DNA of 64,000 bases from an uncultured Clostridia bacterium (GTDB lineage Bacteria > Bacillota > Clostridia > Christensenellales > Aristaeellaceae), in the NCBI GenBank assembly GCA_937906775.1, contig CALCUD010000025.1, positions 9,970-73,969 of the forward strand. The letters run 5' to 3'. Position numbers and translations under genes: made by a program. The notes below the pieces were generated by a model. The model was not told the origin of the DNA. It saw only the letters and a program-made list of their open reading frames with translations, and did no database searches. Below, piece by piece: positions 47,529-57,654 of the stretch. How positions within the stretch are numbered: the first letter of the stretch is position 1; each line of letters starts with the position of its first letter.

Positions 47529-49880
47529 TCATGCGACTCCGAGCAGCGACAGGACGCCGGTCGCAGCCAGGGCCGCGACCCAGGCCAGAACGCACTGCCA
47601 GACCACCATGGCTCCGGCCCACCGGACGCCCAGCTCGCGCCGGACGCTGCCGATCGCGGCGACGCAGGGAGTATAGAGCAGGCTGAACACCAGCAGGCTC
47701 CCGGCGGCACGGGCCGTCAGAATGCCGGTCAGCGTGTTTCCGAACAGGATCCCGAGCGTACTGACCACACTCTCCTTCGCCATCACGCCGGTGATCAGGG
47801 AGGTGCAGATCCGCCAGTCATTCAGCCCGAGCGGCGCGAAAGCCGGCGCGAAAATGCCGCCCAGCGCGGCCAGAATACTGTTTCCGCTGTCCTCCGTCAC
47901 ATGGAGGCGCAGATCAAACGTCTGCAGGAACCAGATCACGACGCTGGCGATCAGGATCACGCTGAACGCACGCTGAAGGAAATCCTTCGCCTTGTCCCAC
48001 AGCAGCTGCGCCACGTTTTTCGCAGCGGGCAGCCGGTAATTCGGCAGTTCCATCACGAACGGGATCGCCTCCCCGCGGAACAGGGTCCTCTTGAACAGAA
48101 GCGCCGCCAGGATCCCGATGGCAATGCCCAGCAGGTAAAGGCCCGTCATGATCCACCAGCCGGATCTCGGGAAAAACGTGCTGACAAAGAAGACATAGAT
48201 CGGCAGCTTCGCGCTGCAGCTCATAAAGGGCGTCAGCAGGATCGTCATTTTCCGATCCCGCTCGCTGGGCAGGATCCGGGTGGCCATCACCGCCGGCACG
48301 GTGCAGCCGAAACCGATCAGCATCGGAACGATGCTCCGGCCGCTGAGTCCGATCTTCCGCAGAAGTTTGTCCATGAAAAACGCGACGCGCGCGATATATC
48401 CGCTGTCCTCCAGCAGGCTCAGGAAGAAGAACAGCGTCACGATCACGGGCAGGAAGCTGAGAACGCTTCCGACTCCGCCGAAAATGCCGTCAATCACCAG
48501 GCTGTGGATCACAGGACTGACTCCGGCGCCGGTCAGGGCGGAGTCAACCAGCTCCGTCAGGGCGCCAATCCCGGTCTGCATCCATCCCTGCAGCGTCGCG
48601 CCGATCACATTGAAGGTGAGCAGGAACACGGCGGCCATGATCAGAATGAACATCGGGATCGCGGTATATTTCCCGGTCAGGACCCGGTCGATCTCCCGGG
48701 ACCGTTTATGCTCCCGGCTTTCATGGGGCCGGATGACCGTTTTTTCGCAGACGCGGCGGATAAAGTCGAAGCGCATATCCGCCACGGCGGCGCTCCGGTC
48801 CATCCCGCATTCGTTTTCCATCTGGAGAATGATATGCTCCAGCATTTCTTTTTCGTTATCGTCCAGCTTCAGCTGTTCCAGGACCAGAGGATCTCCCTCG
48901 GTCAGCTTCGTCGCGGCAAAACGCGTCGGGATGCCCGCGCGCTTCGCGTGGTCCTCCGTCAGTTGTTCGACCGCATGAAGGCAGCGGTGGACCGCGCCGT
49001 CATGATCGTTCTCATCGCAGTAGTCCTGCTCCAGCGGCTTTTCCTGATAGTGAGCCACGTGCATGGCATGGCTGACAAGCTCCCTGACGCCTTCGTTCCT
49101 GGCCGCGGAAATCGGCACCACAGGAACGCCGAGCATCGTTTCCATCGTGTTGATATCGATACTTCCGCCGTTTCCGTTCAGCTCATCCATCATATTGAGC
49201 GCAACGACCATCGGCATGTTCATGGCCAGCAGCTGCATGGTCAGATACAAATTCCGCTCGATATTGGTGGCATCCACAATGTTGATGATCGCGTGCGGTT
49301 TGTTTTCCAGAACAAAATTCCGGCTGACGATCTCCTCGCTGGTGTAGGGACTCATGGAGTAGATTCCCGGCAGATCGGTCACCAGGGTGTCCGGGTGATC
49401 CTTGATGGCGCCGTCCTTCCGGTCGACCGTGACGCCGGGAAAATTCCCGACATGCTGGTTGGATCCGGTCAGCTGATTGAACAGCGTGGTCTTGCCGCAA
49501 TTCTGATTTCCGACCAGTGCAAACCTGAGAACGGTCCCGTCGGGCAGCGGGTTGCCGTCGCCCTTCATATGGAATTTTCCGCCTTCACCAAGACCGGGAT
49601 GACTGCTGCGGTTGGCGGGTTCCCGCCGGGAACGTTCCTCCTCCAGCGCGGCTTTGGAAACCTGCCGGATCCGGATCTTCTCCGCGTCCGCCAGACGGAG
49701 CGTCAGCTCATAGCCCTGGATCCGGAGCTCCATCGGGTCGCCCATCGGGGCAAGCTTCTGCACCTTGACCTCGGCCCCCGGGATCACGCCCATATCCAGA
49801 AAATGCTGCCGCAGGGCTCCCTCTCCTCCGACTTCGGTGATCACACCGTGCTTTCCGACCGGAAGATCCTTCAGCGTCAT
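47529..49880 (-). CDS. feoB: ferrous iron transporter, FeoA-FeoB fusion
   Basis: N-terminal FeoA (FLDMGVIPG, APMGDP); GNQNCGKT, GVTV, DLPG, NMMD, GFGC, FMSCSA, YTPC. Confidence 0.95.
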   Translation of the reverse strand: MTLKDLPVGKHGVITEVGGEGALRQHFLDMGVIPGAEVKVQKLAPMGDPMELRIQGYELTLRLADAEKIRIRQVSKAALEEERSRREPANRSSHPGLGEGGKFHMKGDGNPLPDGTVLRFALVGNQNCGKTTLFNQLTGSNQHVGNFPGVTVDRKDGAIKDHPDTLVTDLPGIYSMSPYTSEEIVSRNFVLENKPHAIINIVDATNIERNLYLTMQLLAMNMPMVVALNMMDELNGNGGSIDINTMETMLGVPVVPISAARNEGVRELVSHAMHVAHYQEKPLEQDYCDENDHDGAVHRCLHAVEQLTEDHAKRAGIPTRFAATKLTEGDPLVLEQLKLDDNEKEMLEHIILQMENECGMDRSAAVADMRFDFIRRVCEKTVIRPHESREHKRSREIDRVLTGKYTAIPMFILIMAAVFLLTFNVIGATLQGWMQTGIGALTELVDSALTGAGVSPVIHSLVIDGIFGGVGSVLSFLPVIVTLFFFLSLLEDSGYIARVAFFMDKLLRKIGLSGRSIVPMLIGFGCTVPAVMATRILPSERDRKMTILLTPFMSCSAKLPIYVFFVSTFFPRSGWWIMTGLYLLGIAIGILAALLFKRTLFRGEAIPFVMELPNYRLPAAKNVAQLLWDKAKDFLQRAFSVILIASVVIWFLQTFDLRLHVTEDSGNSILAALGGIFAPAFAPLGLNDWRICTSLITGVMAKESVVSTLGILFGNTLTGILTARAAGSLLVFSLLYTPCVAAIGSVRRELGVRWAGAMVVWQCVLAWVAALAATGVLSLLGVA

Positions 49881-49914
49881 CGTTACTTCGCATCCTTTCC
49901 TGAATCCGCAGGCT

Positions 49915-49943
49915 ATTATAGTTAACCGTGGTTAACTTGTCAA
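49915..49943 (-). promoter_or_regulatory. feo promoter with palindromic operator in spacer
   Basis: Perfect TTGACA-17bp-TATAAT; AGTTAACC-GT-GGTTAACT at 49920-49937. Confidence 0.8.
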
Positions 49944-49985
49944 GTCCGTGTCCGGATCCGCATGCGTTCCGCTGACCGGTCCGGC

Positions 49986-50015
49986 AAAAAAAGGCGCGGG
50001 ATTCTTTCCCGCGCC
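49986..50015 (-). terminator. intrinsic terminator
   Basis: GGCGCGGGA/TCCCGCGCC stem with T7 on minus strand. Confidence 0.85.
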
Positions 50016-50021
50016 GTGAAA

Positions 50022-51386
50022 TTAATTCTCTTTTTCCGGGCTGTCCAGCAGTCCGATCTTCCGGCTGTAATAACGGTAGCGGATCCAGGCTGTCGCGCCG
50101 CTGATGAACCAGACGATCCCGGATGACCACCAGATTCCCCACACACCGATGCTCGCGATCCCGGTGATCCACACAGGCACCGTAAAGCGGCCGATAACCT
50201 CGACGATCCCGTTCTGCAGCGCGAACCGGGCGTCGCCCAGACCGTTCAGGACTCCGCGGCACACATAGATCACGCCCAGGAACAGATAGAACAGACTGGT
50301 GATCCGGAGACCCGCGGCGCCCATGTCGATCACAGGCTCCTCGCTGACAAAGATCATCATGATCCCCCGGCCGAAAAGCTGGATCATGGGAACCATCACC
50401 GCGGTAAAGACCGCCATCATCAGCAGGCCCACGCGATAGCCCCGGATGACGCGCTGTTTTTCCCCCGCGCCCCAGTTCTGGCCGGCATAGGTCCCAAGCG
50501 CGGCGCTCAGCGTCTGATACGGCTGATGGATCATCTGCTCGACCCGGTTCGTGGCCGTAAACGCCGCCACGGCGACCGCGCCGAATCCGTTCACGACCCG
50601 CTGCAGCGCCATGCTGGAGATCGAGATCAGCGCAAACTGCAGGGACATGGGGACCCCCAGCCGGATCACCCGGCCGATGATCTTCCGATCCGGACGTCTC
50701 TCCTCTTTGGTGGGATGGAAATACGGATTTTTCTTCAGCGCATAGATCAGGCTGATCGCGGCGGAAACAAACTGGGAGATGACCGTGGCGATCCCGGCGC
50801 CGAGAACGCCGGTATGCCATACCGCGACGAAAAGCAGATCCAGACCCGCGTTCAGGGCACAGGAAAGGAGCAGGAAATACAGCGGCGTCCGCGAATCTCC
50901 CAGCGCGCGCAGCATGGATGACGCGAAGTTGTAAAGGGAGACAAAGATGATCCCGATGCAGATTGTTCTGGCATAGGCCAGGGAATCCTCCATAATCTCC
51001 GGCGGCGTTCCGAGCAGGACCAGCAGCTTGTTCACCGACAGCAGGGCCGCCGTCCCGATACAGAGCGGAAGGATCAGCATCACCACCGCGGTGTTCGCGA
51101 TGCTTCTCCGCACGCGGGCGTCATCCCCCATCCCGAAAGCCTGGGAGGTGATGATCCCGCCGCCGGAGGCAATGCCGTTGCACAGGGCAAAGAAAAGAAA
51201 GTTGACGGAGGACGTCGCGCCGATGGCAGCCAGGGCGTCCGCCCCGACAAGGCGCCCGACGATCATGGAGTCCACCAGATTGTAGACCTGCTGAAAGATG
51301 TTTCCGATCAGCATCGGAACCGAAAAAGTCAGCAACAGGCGCGCAGGGTTTCCTGACGTCATATTCAGATTTCTGTTGCCTTTCAT
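50022..51386 (-). CDS. MATE-family efflux transporter
   Basis: QQVYNLVDSMIVG, LRALGDSRTP, GQNWGAG; upstream TTGACA-17bp-CATAAT. Confidence 0.92.
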   Translation of the reverse strand: MKGNRNLNMTSGNPARLLLTFSVPMLIGNIFQQVYNLVDSMIVGRLVGADALAAIGATSSVNFLFFALCNGIASGGGIITSQAFGMGDDARVRRSIANTAVVMLILPLCIGTAALLSVNKLLVLLGTPPEIMEDSLAYARTICIGIIFVSLYNFASSMLRALGDSRTPLYFLLLSCALNAGLDLLFVAVWHTGVLGAGIATVISQFVSAAISLIYALKKNPYFHPTKEERRPDRKIIGRVIRLGVPMSLQFALISISSMALQRVVNGFGAVAVAAFTATNRVEQMIHQPYQTLSAALGTYAGQNWGAGEKQRVIRGYRVGLLMMAVFTAVMVPMIQLFGRGIMMIFVSEEPVIDMGAAGLRITSLFYLFLGVIYVCRGVLNGLGDARFALQNGIVEVIGRFTVPVWITGIASIGVWGIWWSSGIVWFISGATAWIRYRYYSRKIGLLDSPEKEN

Positions 51387-51494
51387 CCGCCGCACCGGCT
51401 TTCCGTCAAAATCGATCCTGTCAAAAGACAGTCCGGCGGCTATTATGCCCCCGGACAAAAAGGATGTCAACCTTTTTTTACACTGCAGGAATTA

Positions 51495-53660
51495 TCAGCA
51501 GCCCGCTTTGGTCAGGCGGATCACCCGGCTTGTATAATCCTGTTTCAGCTGGAGCCAATATCCCATATTCATCAGGACCGCGCCCGAATACGCGTTCCCC
51601 GCGTCATCGCGGTAAACGGCCTCCGCGTCCAGTCCGTGCAGCCGGATCCGGAGCGGCGCGGAATTGGGCTGCACCTGCGTGATATACGCGCACAGCATCG
51701 CTTCGTTCCGGTCCTCCGATACGAACTGCCAGGCAGTATAGTTTCCTTCAAACGGGGACAGCAGGCGCCAGAAGTCCCCCTGCTGGACAAGCTTCCTGCA
51801 CTGTTTGACGCGGCTGACCAGCTGCTCCGCGATTGCGAGATCCTCCGCGCTCAGTTTCGACAGATCCAGTTCAAATCCGAAATTGCCGCCGACAGCGACG
51901 TCGCCCCGCATCTGCATGCCGGTCACACGGCCCGTCTGATGGTTCGGGACCGCGCTGACATGCGCTCCCATCGCGGACGGCGGATAAACGAAGGATGTCC
52001 CGTACTGGATCTTCAGCCGCTCCACCGCGTCCGTATCGTCGCTGGTCCAGATCTGCGGCATATAGTACAGCATCCCGGCGTCAAAGCGTCCGCCTCCGCC
52101 CGAGCAGCCTTCAAACAGGATCCGTGGATATTGTTTTGTCAGCGTGTCCATCACGCGGTATACGCCCAGCATATACCGGTGCTGGGTCTCCATCTGACGC
52201 TCCGGCGCCCGGTCGCCCGAGAAGGCTTCCGTCATGTTCCGGTTCATGTCCCACTTCACATATTCGATGTTCGCACCGGACAGGACGCTGCCCACCGCGC
52301 CGATCACATAATCCTGGACCTCCCTGCGGCTCATGTCGAGGATCAGCTGCTGGCGGCACTCCGTCCGGGGACGGCCATCGACATGCAGGCACCAATCCGG
52401 ATGCGCGCGATACAGATCGCTGTCCGGCGAAACCATTTCCGGCTCAAACCACAGGCCGAATTTCATGCCGAGGGCGTTGATCTTCTCCGCGATGCCCGCG
52501 ATCCCGCCGGAAAGCTTGTTCCGGTTTTCGACCCAGTCGCCCAGCGAATTGTCGTCCCGGTCGCGCTTGCCGAACCATCCGTCATCCAGGACGAACAGCT
52601 CCACCCCGATCTGGCGGGCGCGTTTCGCGATATTCAGGAGTTTTTCCTCATTGAAGTCGAAATAAGTCGCTTCCCAGTTGTTGATAAGCACAGGCCGGGG
52701 AAGATCCCGCCAGATGCCGCGCACGAGCCTTTTGCGATACAGGTGGTGATACGTCCGGGACATCCCGTTCAGTCCCCCGTCGGAATAGACGAGCACCGCC
52801 TCCGGCGTGCAGAAATTCTCTCCCGGCTCCAGACGCCAGGAGAATGTCGCCGGGTCCATTCCGGCCGACATCCGGGTGTTTCCCGCGTTATCGACGCAGG
52901 AAAGCGCCAGAAAGCTTCCGCTGTAGATCAGATTCATCGCCCAGACCTCGCCGGAGAACTCATCCGCGTTCTTCCGGCACAGCGCGATGAACGGGTTTTC
53001 CTCATGACCGGACGCGCCGCGCTGGGAGAAAATCCGGTATTCGCCCTCCCCCTGCGGCACCCGGACCACGGAGCGTTCCCGGGCCCACGCGCCTTTTAAG
53101 TGGATCAGATCGTATCCGTTTCCGTACAGCGGAACACTGGCGGCCATCACGCCGCGCAATACGGCCGGGGCCTCTCCGCCGTTTTCGATCTCCAGATGAC
53201 GCGCGATAGCGCCGCTTTCGTTGAACACGGTATAGACAGCCGTCACCCGGATCCCGGTCAGCGGATCCCGGAGCAGGATCTCCAGGGAATCCGCCTCCCC
53301 GTCCGCCTCTGTATAGGTCGCCGGCAGGCCGGGCAGCGGCTTCTTCCCGGCGTAAACGCGGCAGGAAACTACGCGCAGGGTCACCACATCATTCCCCTGC
53401 GCGTTAACCAGATCCACCGCGGGCGTGCCGTACCATCCGCTTCCGCGGGTCGGCAGCTCATGCGGCCGGCGGTACTCGTCCCGGTCAAAGGAGGCCACCG
53501 CGTAATAGTTTTCCAGCGCCGGCGTGACCGAACCGTCCGGGATCCTTTTCCCCCAGTACAGATTCTCCAGCGCTCCCTGTTCATCCGTGTGAAGGACATA
53601 GGAAACCGCTCCGCCGGAAAGATAAAAACATTGACTGTTTCTGTCCATAAAGACGCCCAT
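51495..53660 (-). CDS. alpha-galactosidase, GH36
   Basis: NNWEATYF, LFVLDDGWFG, FGLWFEPEM, YVKWDMNR, CSGGGGRFD, WTSDDTD. Confidence 0.95.
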   Translation of the reverse strand: MGVFMDRNSQCFYLSGGAVSYVLHTDEQGALENLYWGKRIPDGSVTPALENYYAVASFDRDEYRRPHELPTRGSGWYGTPAVDLVNAQGNDVVTLRVVSCRVYAGKKPLPGLPATYTEADGEADSLEILLRDPLTGIRVTAVYTVFNESGAIARHLEIENGGEAPAVLRGVMAASVPLYGNGYDLIHLKGAWARERSVVRVPQGEGEYRIFSQRGASGHEENPFIALCRKNADEFSGEVWAMNLIYSGSFLALSCVDNAGNTRMSAGMDPATFSWRLEPGENFCTPEAVLVYSDGGLNGMSRTYHHLYRKRLVRGIWRDLPRPVLINNWEATYFDFNEEKLLNIAKRARQIGVELFVLDDGWFGKRDRDDNSLGDWVENRNKLSGGIAGIAEKINALGMKFGLWFEPEMVSPDSDLYRAHPDWCLHVDGRPRTECRQQLILDMSRREVQDYVIGAVGSVLSGANIEYVKWDMNRNMTEAFSGDRAPERQMETQHRYMLGVYRVMDTLTKQYPRILFEGCSGGGGRFDAGMLYYMPQIWTSDDTDAVERLKIQYGTSFVYPPSAMGAHVSAVPNHQTGRVTGMQMRGDVAVGGNFGFELDLSKLSAEDLAIAEQLVSRVKQCRKLVQQGDFWRLLSPFEGNYTAWQFVSEDRNEAMLCAYITQVQPNSAPLRIRLHGLDAEAVYRDDAGNAYSGAVLMNMGYWLQLKQDYTSRVIRLTKAGC

Positions 53661-53696
53661 CGGTTTTTTCCTCCTTATCGCCGAAAGCCGGCCGGA

Positions 53697-54239
53697 TCAC
53701 ATCTTCTGTTCCGCCAGGATCTGCCGGATGCAGGCCATGGCGACCGCGTAGTTTTCCGACAGCGTCGGATAGGCGGAAACCGTCACCCCGCCGGAAGCGT
53801 CCCGGTACGCCTTCCGCCCGGTCACAGGAGAGATCTCCGCGATCCTTCCCTGCCCGTCCACCGTCAGCGTCATCTGATACTCCGCGCCGGTCTCATAGGA
53901 CGGCCAGCGGATATCCACCGATTCTCCCGGGTTGTACGCGGTCTGCCTGCCGAGGAACAGATCGTCCAGATCCTTCTGCGTCCAGATATGCCCCGTCGTT
54001 CCGTCCGTCCGGAGGGCGTCCGTTCCCTCGCGCGCCAGACATTCGTTGCAGTAGAATTTCCCGTCCTTCTCCGTCAGGTCGACGGAGAGGAAGAGCTCCC
54101 CGCAGGCTTCGCATTCCAGAGTTTCACCGCATCCATAGCAGTCGTCACACACAGCCTGTCCGTCCGAGAGAAGATGCATCTCACTCTCATCGTACGCGTT
54201 GCCGCAGCAGGCACATTCCAGGCGGAACCCTCCGAGCAT
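53697..54239 (-). CDS. hypothetical protein with tandem zinc-finger-like CxxC pairs
   Basis: CACC...CDDC and CEAC...CNEC; GAGGAGG RBS. Confidence 0.7.
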   Translation of the reverse strand: MLGGFRLECACCGNAYDESEMHLLSDGQAVCDDCYGCGETLECEACGELFLSVDLTEKDGKFYCNECLAREGTDALRTDGTTGHIWTQKDLDDLFLGRQTAYNPGESVDIRWPSYETGAEYQMTLTVDGQGRIAEISPVTGRKAYRDASGGVTVSAYPTLSENYAVAMACIRQILAEQKM

Positions 54240-54252
54240 CGTCCGTCCCTCC

Positions 54253-55272
54253 TCAGTATTTGTTATGCACTTTTTCAAAGAAACACAGCAGATCCCGGAT
54301 TTCGAGCGCGGTGCCGTCATCCAGGACCGCCTTCCCGTTCAGCCGGCCGAAAACCTGATGCTGATCCGATACGATCACCTTGGCGTTGATCTTCGCCGCC
54401 CGGTCCAGAATCGGATCAAACCGCATTTCAAACCGTCCGTCCGAGGAGGTCATCCGCCACGGATCCGTATAGCCGCTGTCGGGGATGTGGAATGTCACAT
54501 CCTCCAGCTTGTGCGCCTTCCCGTCGCAAAACAGAATATTTTCCGTCGCGGCGGCAGTGTTTCCGAAACCGTAGCCGACATTGAAGCCAAAGTCGTGCCC
54601 GTCCACAATTCCGTTCCCGGAACCCCAGTACCAGGTGTTGTCATAGGTCCACACACCCCTTCCCCAGTCCAGCGTACCGAAATGCTTTTCCGGATCGAAA
54701 AGGAAGGTCTCGCCGTCAAAGGTCGCTTTTCCGGACGCGCGCATGCAGTTGATCTTCCGGTTGTAGTAAAAGCGGTGATTGACCGGCCACGGGGTCGCGA
54801 TCACCATGGAATCCATTTCCGGCTGGTACAGTGTCACGTCGCAGTCAAAAGGCTTCCCGTCGCAGAAGCTGTCAAAATGGCAGGTCAGGTGCCGGAAACC
54901 CTTCGTCGGCTCAAAACGCATCTGAAGGCGCCGGTCCGCGTATTCCGTCACACCGGCGTCCGCGCTTTCCGGAAGCTTCAGTTTCCCCATCGGAAAAGCG
55001 TTCAGTACGGTTTCCGTATGTTCCCACGGATGATCGCCGAGCTTCAGCAGGGAAACAGACTGAAGCCCGATATATCCGTCATCGGAAACCGTCATCGCGA
55101 TGCCGAAGTCATCCCCCATAATGAGGTAGTAGTCCCATTCCTTGATCCGGAAGCCCGGAGCCCGTATCTCACCGCGCCGGTATTCCCACATTTCGCCGCG
55201 TGCCCAGCCGGGCTCTGCGATATTGCCGTCCTTCAGCAGCTTCTGTCGCACCGTGATCTCGTGGTTTCTCAC
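54253..55272 (-). CDS. DUF2804-family protein
   Basis: RIKEWDYY, FYYNRKINC, LDWGRGVW, GFNVGYGFG, QHQVFG. Confidence 0.75.
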   Translation of the reverse strand: MRNHEITVRQKLLKDGNIAEPGWARGEMWEYRRGEIRAPGFRIKEWDYYLIMGDDFGIAMTVSDDGYIGLQSVSLLKLGDHPWEHTETVLNAFPMGKLKLPESADAGVTEYADRRLQMRFEPTKGFRHLTCHFDSFCDGKPFDCDVTLYQPEMDSMVIATPWPVNHRFYYNRKINCMRASGKATFDGETFLFDPEKHFGTLDWGRGVWTYDNTWYWGSGNGIVDGHDFGFNVGYGFGNTAAATENILFCDGKAHKLEDVTFHIPDSGYTDPWRMTSSDGRFEMRFDPILDRAAKINAKVIVSDQHQVFGRLNGKAVLDDGTALEIRDLLCFFEKVHNKY

Positions 55273-55314
55273 AGGATCTCTCCTTTCGGAATGAATATTT
55301 CCGGATACCGGATC

Positions 55315-56145
55315 TTATTCCGCCCCGTGCTGTTCAGCCGGCGGATCAAAGTGCACATCCATCTGCGGGAACGGAATGCTGATGCCGGCTTTCCGGACCG
55401 TCTCCCATACGCCTTCGGAAAGGGCGAAACGAACATCCCAGTAATCCTGCGGCCGGATCCAGACGCGCAGAATATAGCTGATTGCGCTGTCCTGGTATTC
55501 ATCGACATAGACCGCAGGAGCCGGATCCGCAAGAACGCCTTTGGTTTCCCGGATCAGGCCCAGCAAGGCCTTTTTCGCCTCCGCCGGAGAGGTCTCGTAA
55601 CTCAGTCCGATCTTTACATCCAGCCGGCGCAGATTTTTCGCGGTATAGTTGACAATTTCGGAAGCAACGGTTTTGCTGTTGGGGATCAGAACCGTACAGT
55701 TATCCACAGTCAGCAACCGGGTATAAACGAGGCCGATATCCTCCACGGTACCGTACTTGTCGCCGATCTGGACATAGTCTCCCACCGTAAAGGGGTGAGC
55801 CGAAATCACCTGCGCGCCGCCGGCGACATTGCTCAGGATTCCCTGAACAGCCAGCGTGACAGCCAATGCCATAACGCTGAACAGGGCAATCACGGAGCTC
55901 ATGTTGATTCCCATCGTCCCGGTCACAATGAAGATCAGCAGAATCCAGAGCAGAACGCGGATCAGAGTGCATAACAGCTGGATAATGGATTTGTCCAGGT
56001 GGGACTTCTGAAGCAGGGCTTTGATTCCCTTCATCAGATATTTGATCGCGATCAGTCCCGCGATGATCAGAACAACCATCAGAACAATTTTTGAAAGAGG
56101 CAATCCGGACAGAATTTCTCCCACAGGGGACAGATCAGGCGTCAT
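55315..56145 (-). CDS. small-conductance mechanosensitive channel (MscS family)
   Basis: QGILSNVAGG, PFTVGDYV, IPNS, ISIPFPQMDVH. Confidence 0.92.
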   Translation of the reverse strand: MTPDLSPVGEILSGLPLSKIVLMVVLIIAGLIAIKYLMKGIKALLQKSHLDKSIIQLLCTLIRVLLWILLIFIVTGTMGINMSSVIALFSVMALAVTLAVQGILSNVAGGAQVISAHPFTVGDYVQIGDKYGTVEDIGLVYTRLLTVDNCTVLIPNSKTVASEIVNYTAKNLRRLDVKIGLSYETSPAEAKKALLGLIRETKGVLADPAPAVYVDEYQDSAISYILRVWIRPQDYWDVRFALSEGVWETVRKAGISIPFPQMDVHFDPPAEQHGAE

Positions 56146-56350
56146 GGCATCCTCCCGTACAGATCGTATGGACCCGGTATCTTTGGTTCATTATAACAAA
56201 TTTCTCCGTAAAAACAACGAAAAACTGAACCGGAGCGACTCCGGAATCTTGCATGAACCGAATTGCGTGATATAATACGGAACGTTGTCCATTCCGGAGA
56301 CGCGGCCGCGGCTTTCCGTCCATCCGTGTCCCGATCATGAGGTGACCCGG

Positions 56351-57493
56351 ATGAAAAAGGTCCTGACGCTTCTCAAAAAGGAACCCATGCTCGCGGTATC
56401 CCTGCTGGCCGCGGCCGTATCCATGATCCTGACCCCGCCGGACGCGTCCCTGCTGTCCGCGATCGACTGGAAGACCCTCGCGACGCTGTTCATGATGCTC
56501 ACCGTCCTGGAAGGCTTCAAAAAGGAAAATATCTTCCGGCCGCTGATCCGGTTTGCCGGCCGGATGAAAACGATGGCGGCGATGAGCTTTTTTCTGGTCT
56601 TCGGCGTTTTCTTCTCCTCCATGTTCGTAACGAACGACGTCAGCCTGATCATCTTCGTTCCGCTGACGATCCTGCTTTTCCGCAGCGGGAACAGGGAACG
56701 TAATATTCTTCCGGTGATCTCGATGGAAAATATCGCAGCGGTCCGCGGCTCGCTTCTGACGCCCTTCGGCAGCCCGCAGAATCTTTTTCTTTTCTCCAAG
56801 TCCGGCGTCTCCGCCTTTACCTTCATGCTGCATATGCTCCCGCTGTGGGTCATGAGCGGATTGCTCCTGTGCGTCTTTATCCGTTTCCTGTACCGGAAGG
56901 ATCCCGCAGAGTCCATATCCTCCCCGGAAAGCGAGCTGACCGGAGAATGGGATCCCGCCCGGAAAAAGAACCGCGTCGTCTATCTCGCGCTGTTCGCGGT
57001 CATTCTCTGGACCATCGTCAGCCGGACCGCGCTGTGGCCATGGGTGACGGCAGCCGTCTTCCTTACCGTGCTCCTTACCGACCGGGAAACCCTGGTCCGG
57101 ACCGACTATGTCCTGCTGCTGACCTTCCTGTGCTTCTTCATCTTTTCAGCCTCCGTGTCGGCCCATCCGGCGATCTCCGGCTTCCTGAAGAATGCCGTCG
57201 CGGAGCATGAATATCTGTGGGGCATCCTGCTCAGCCAGGTCATCAGCAACGTTCCGGCCGCGATCGTGCTGTACCCCTTCACGGCCAATCTGTCCGGTCT
57301 GCTGTACGGGGTGGACAGTGCCGGCCTCTGCACCCTGATCGGCTCCCTCGCCTCCGTGATCAACTACCGGATTTATGTCCGGGAATATCCGGGAAACGGG
57401 CGCGCCTTCATCCGGACCTTCACGCTGGTCTCGCTGGCTTTCTTCGCGATCGTCGTCATTCCGGGATGGCTGCTGTCCGCCTGGCGCTTCTGA
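56351..57493 (+). CDS. IT-superfamily (CitMHS/SLC13/ArsB-like) anion permease
   Basis: IDWKTL, SMFVTND, TPFGSPQN, SQVISNVPA, GSLA. Confidence 0.85.
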   Translation: MKKVLTLLKKEPMLAVSLLAAAVSMILTPPDASLLSAIDWKTLATLFMMLTVLEGFKKENIFRPLIRFAGRMKTMAAMSFFLVFGVFFSSMFVTNDVSLIIFVPLTILLFRSGNRERNILPVISMENIAAVRGSLLTPFGSPQNLFLFSKSGVSAFTFMLHMLPLWVMSGLLLCVFIRFLYRKDPAESISSPESELTGEWDPARKKNRVVYLALFAVILWTIVSRTALWPWVTAAVFLTVLLTDRETLVRTDYVLLLTFLCFFIFSASVSAHPAISGFLKNAVAEHEYLWGILLSQVISNVPAAIVLYPFTANLSGLLYGVDSAGLCTLIGSLASVINYRIYVREYPGNGRAFIRTFTLVSLAFFAIVVIPGWLLSAWRF

Positions 57494-57532
57494 GGCGTCC
57501 CGCGTTCCGGGCAGAAAAAAGATCCGGGTGAA

Positions 57533-57561
57533 TTGTATCTTCCGCACAAACAGAGTATAAT
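57533..57561 (+). promoter_or_regulatory. orphan sigma-A promoter
   Basis: TTGTAT-17bp-TATAAT with no credible downstream plus-strand gene. Confidence 0.6.
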
Positions 57562-57567
57562 TGTAAA

Positions 57568-57637
57568 AAACGAACCGTGACCGTCACGCCGTCCTCCGTC
57601 CGCGGAAAAGGACCCGGCGAATACGCCGGGTCCTTTC
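57568..57637 (+). ncRNA. candidate ~70-nt sRNA
   Basis: Promoter, small hairpin, CCGTCCTCCGTCC tract, 13-bp terminator-like stem. Confidence 0.4.
57607..57636. terminator. bidirectional terminator-like hairpin
   Basis: AAAGGACCCGGCG-AATA-CGCCGGGTCCTTT. Confidence 0.85.
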
Positions 57638-57654
57638 AAATATCAGTTCATTGT

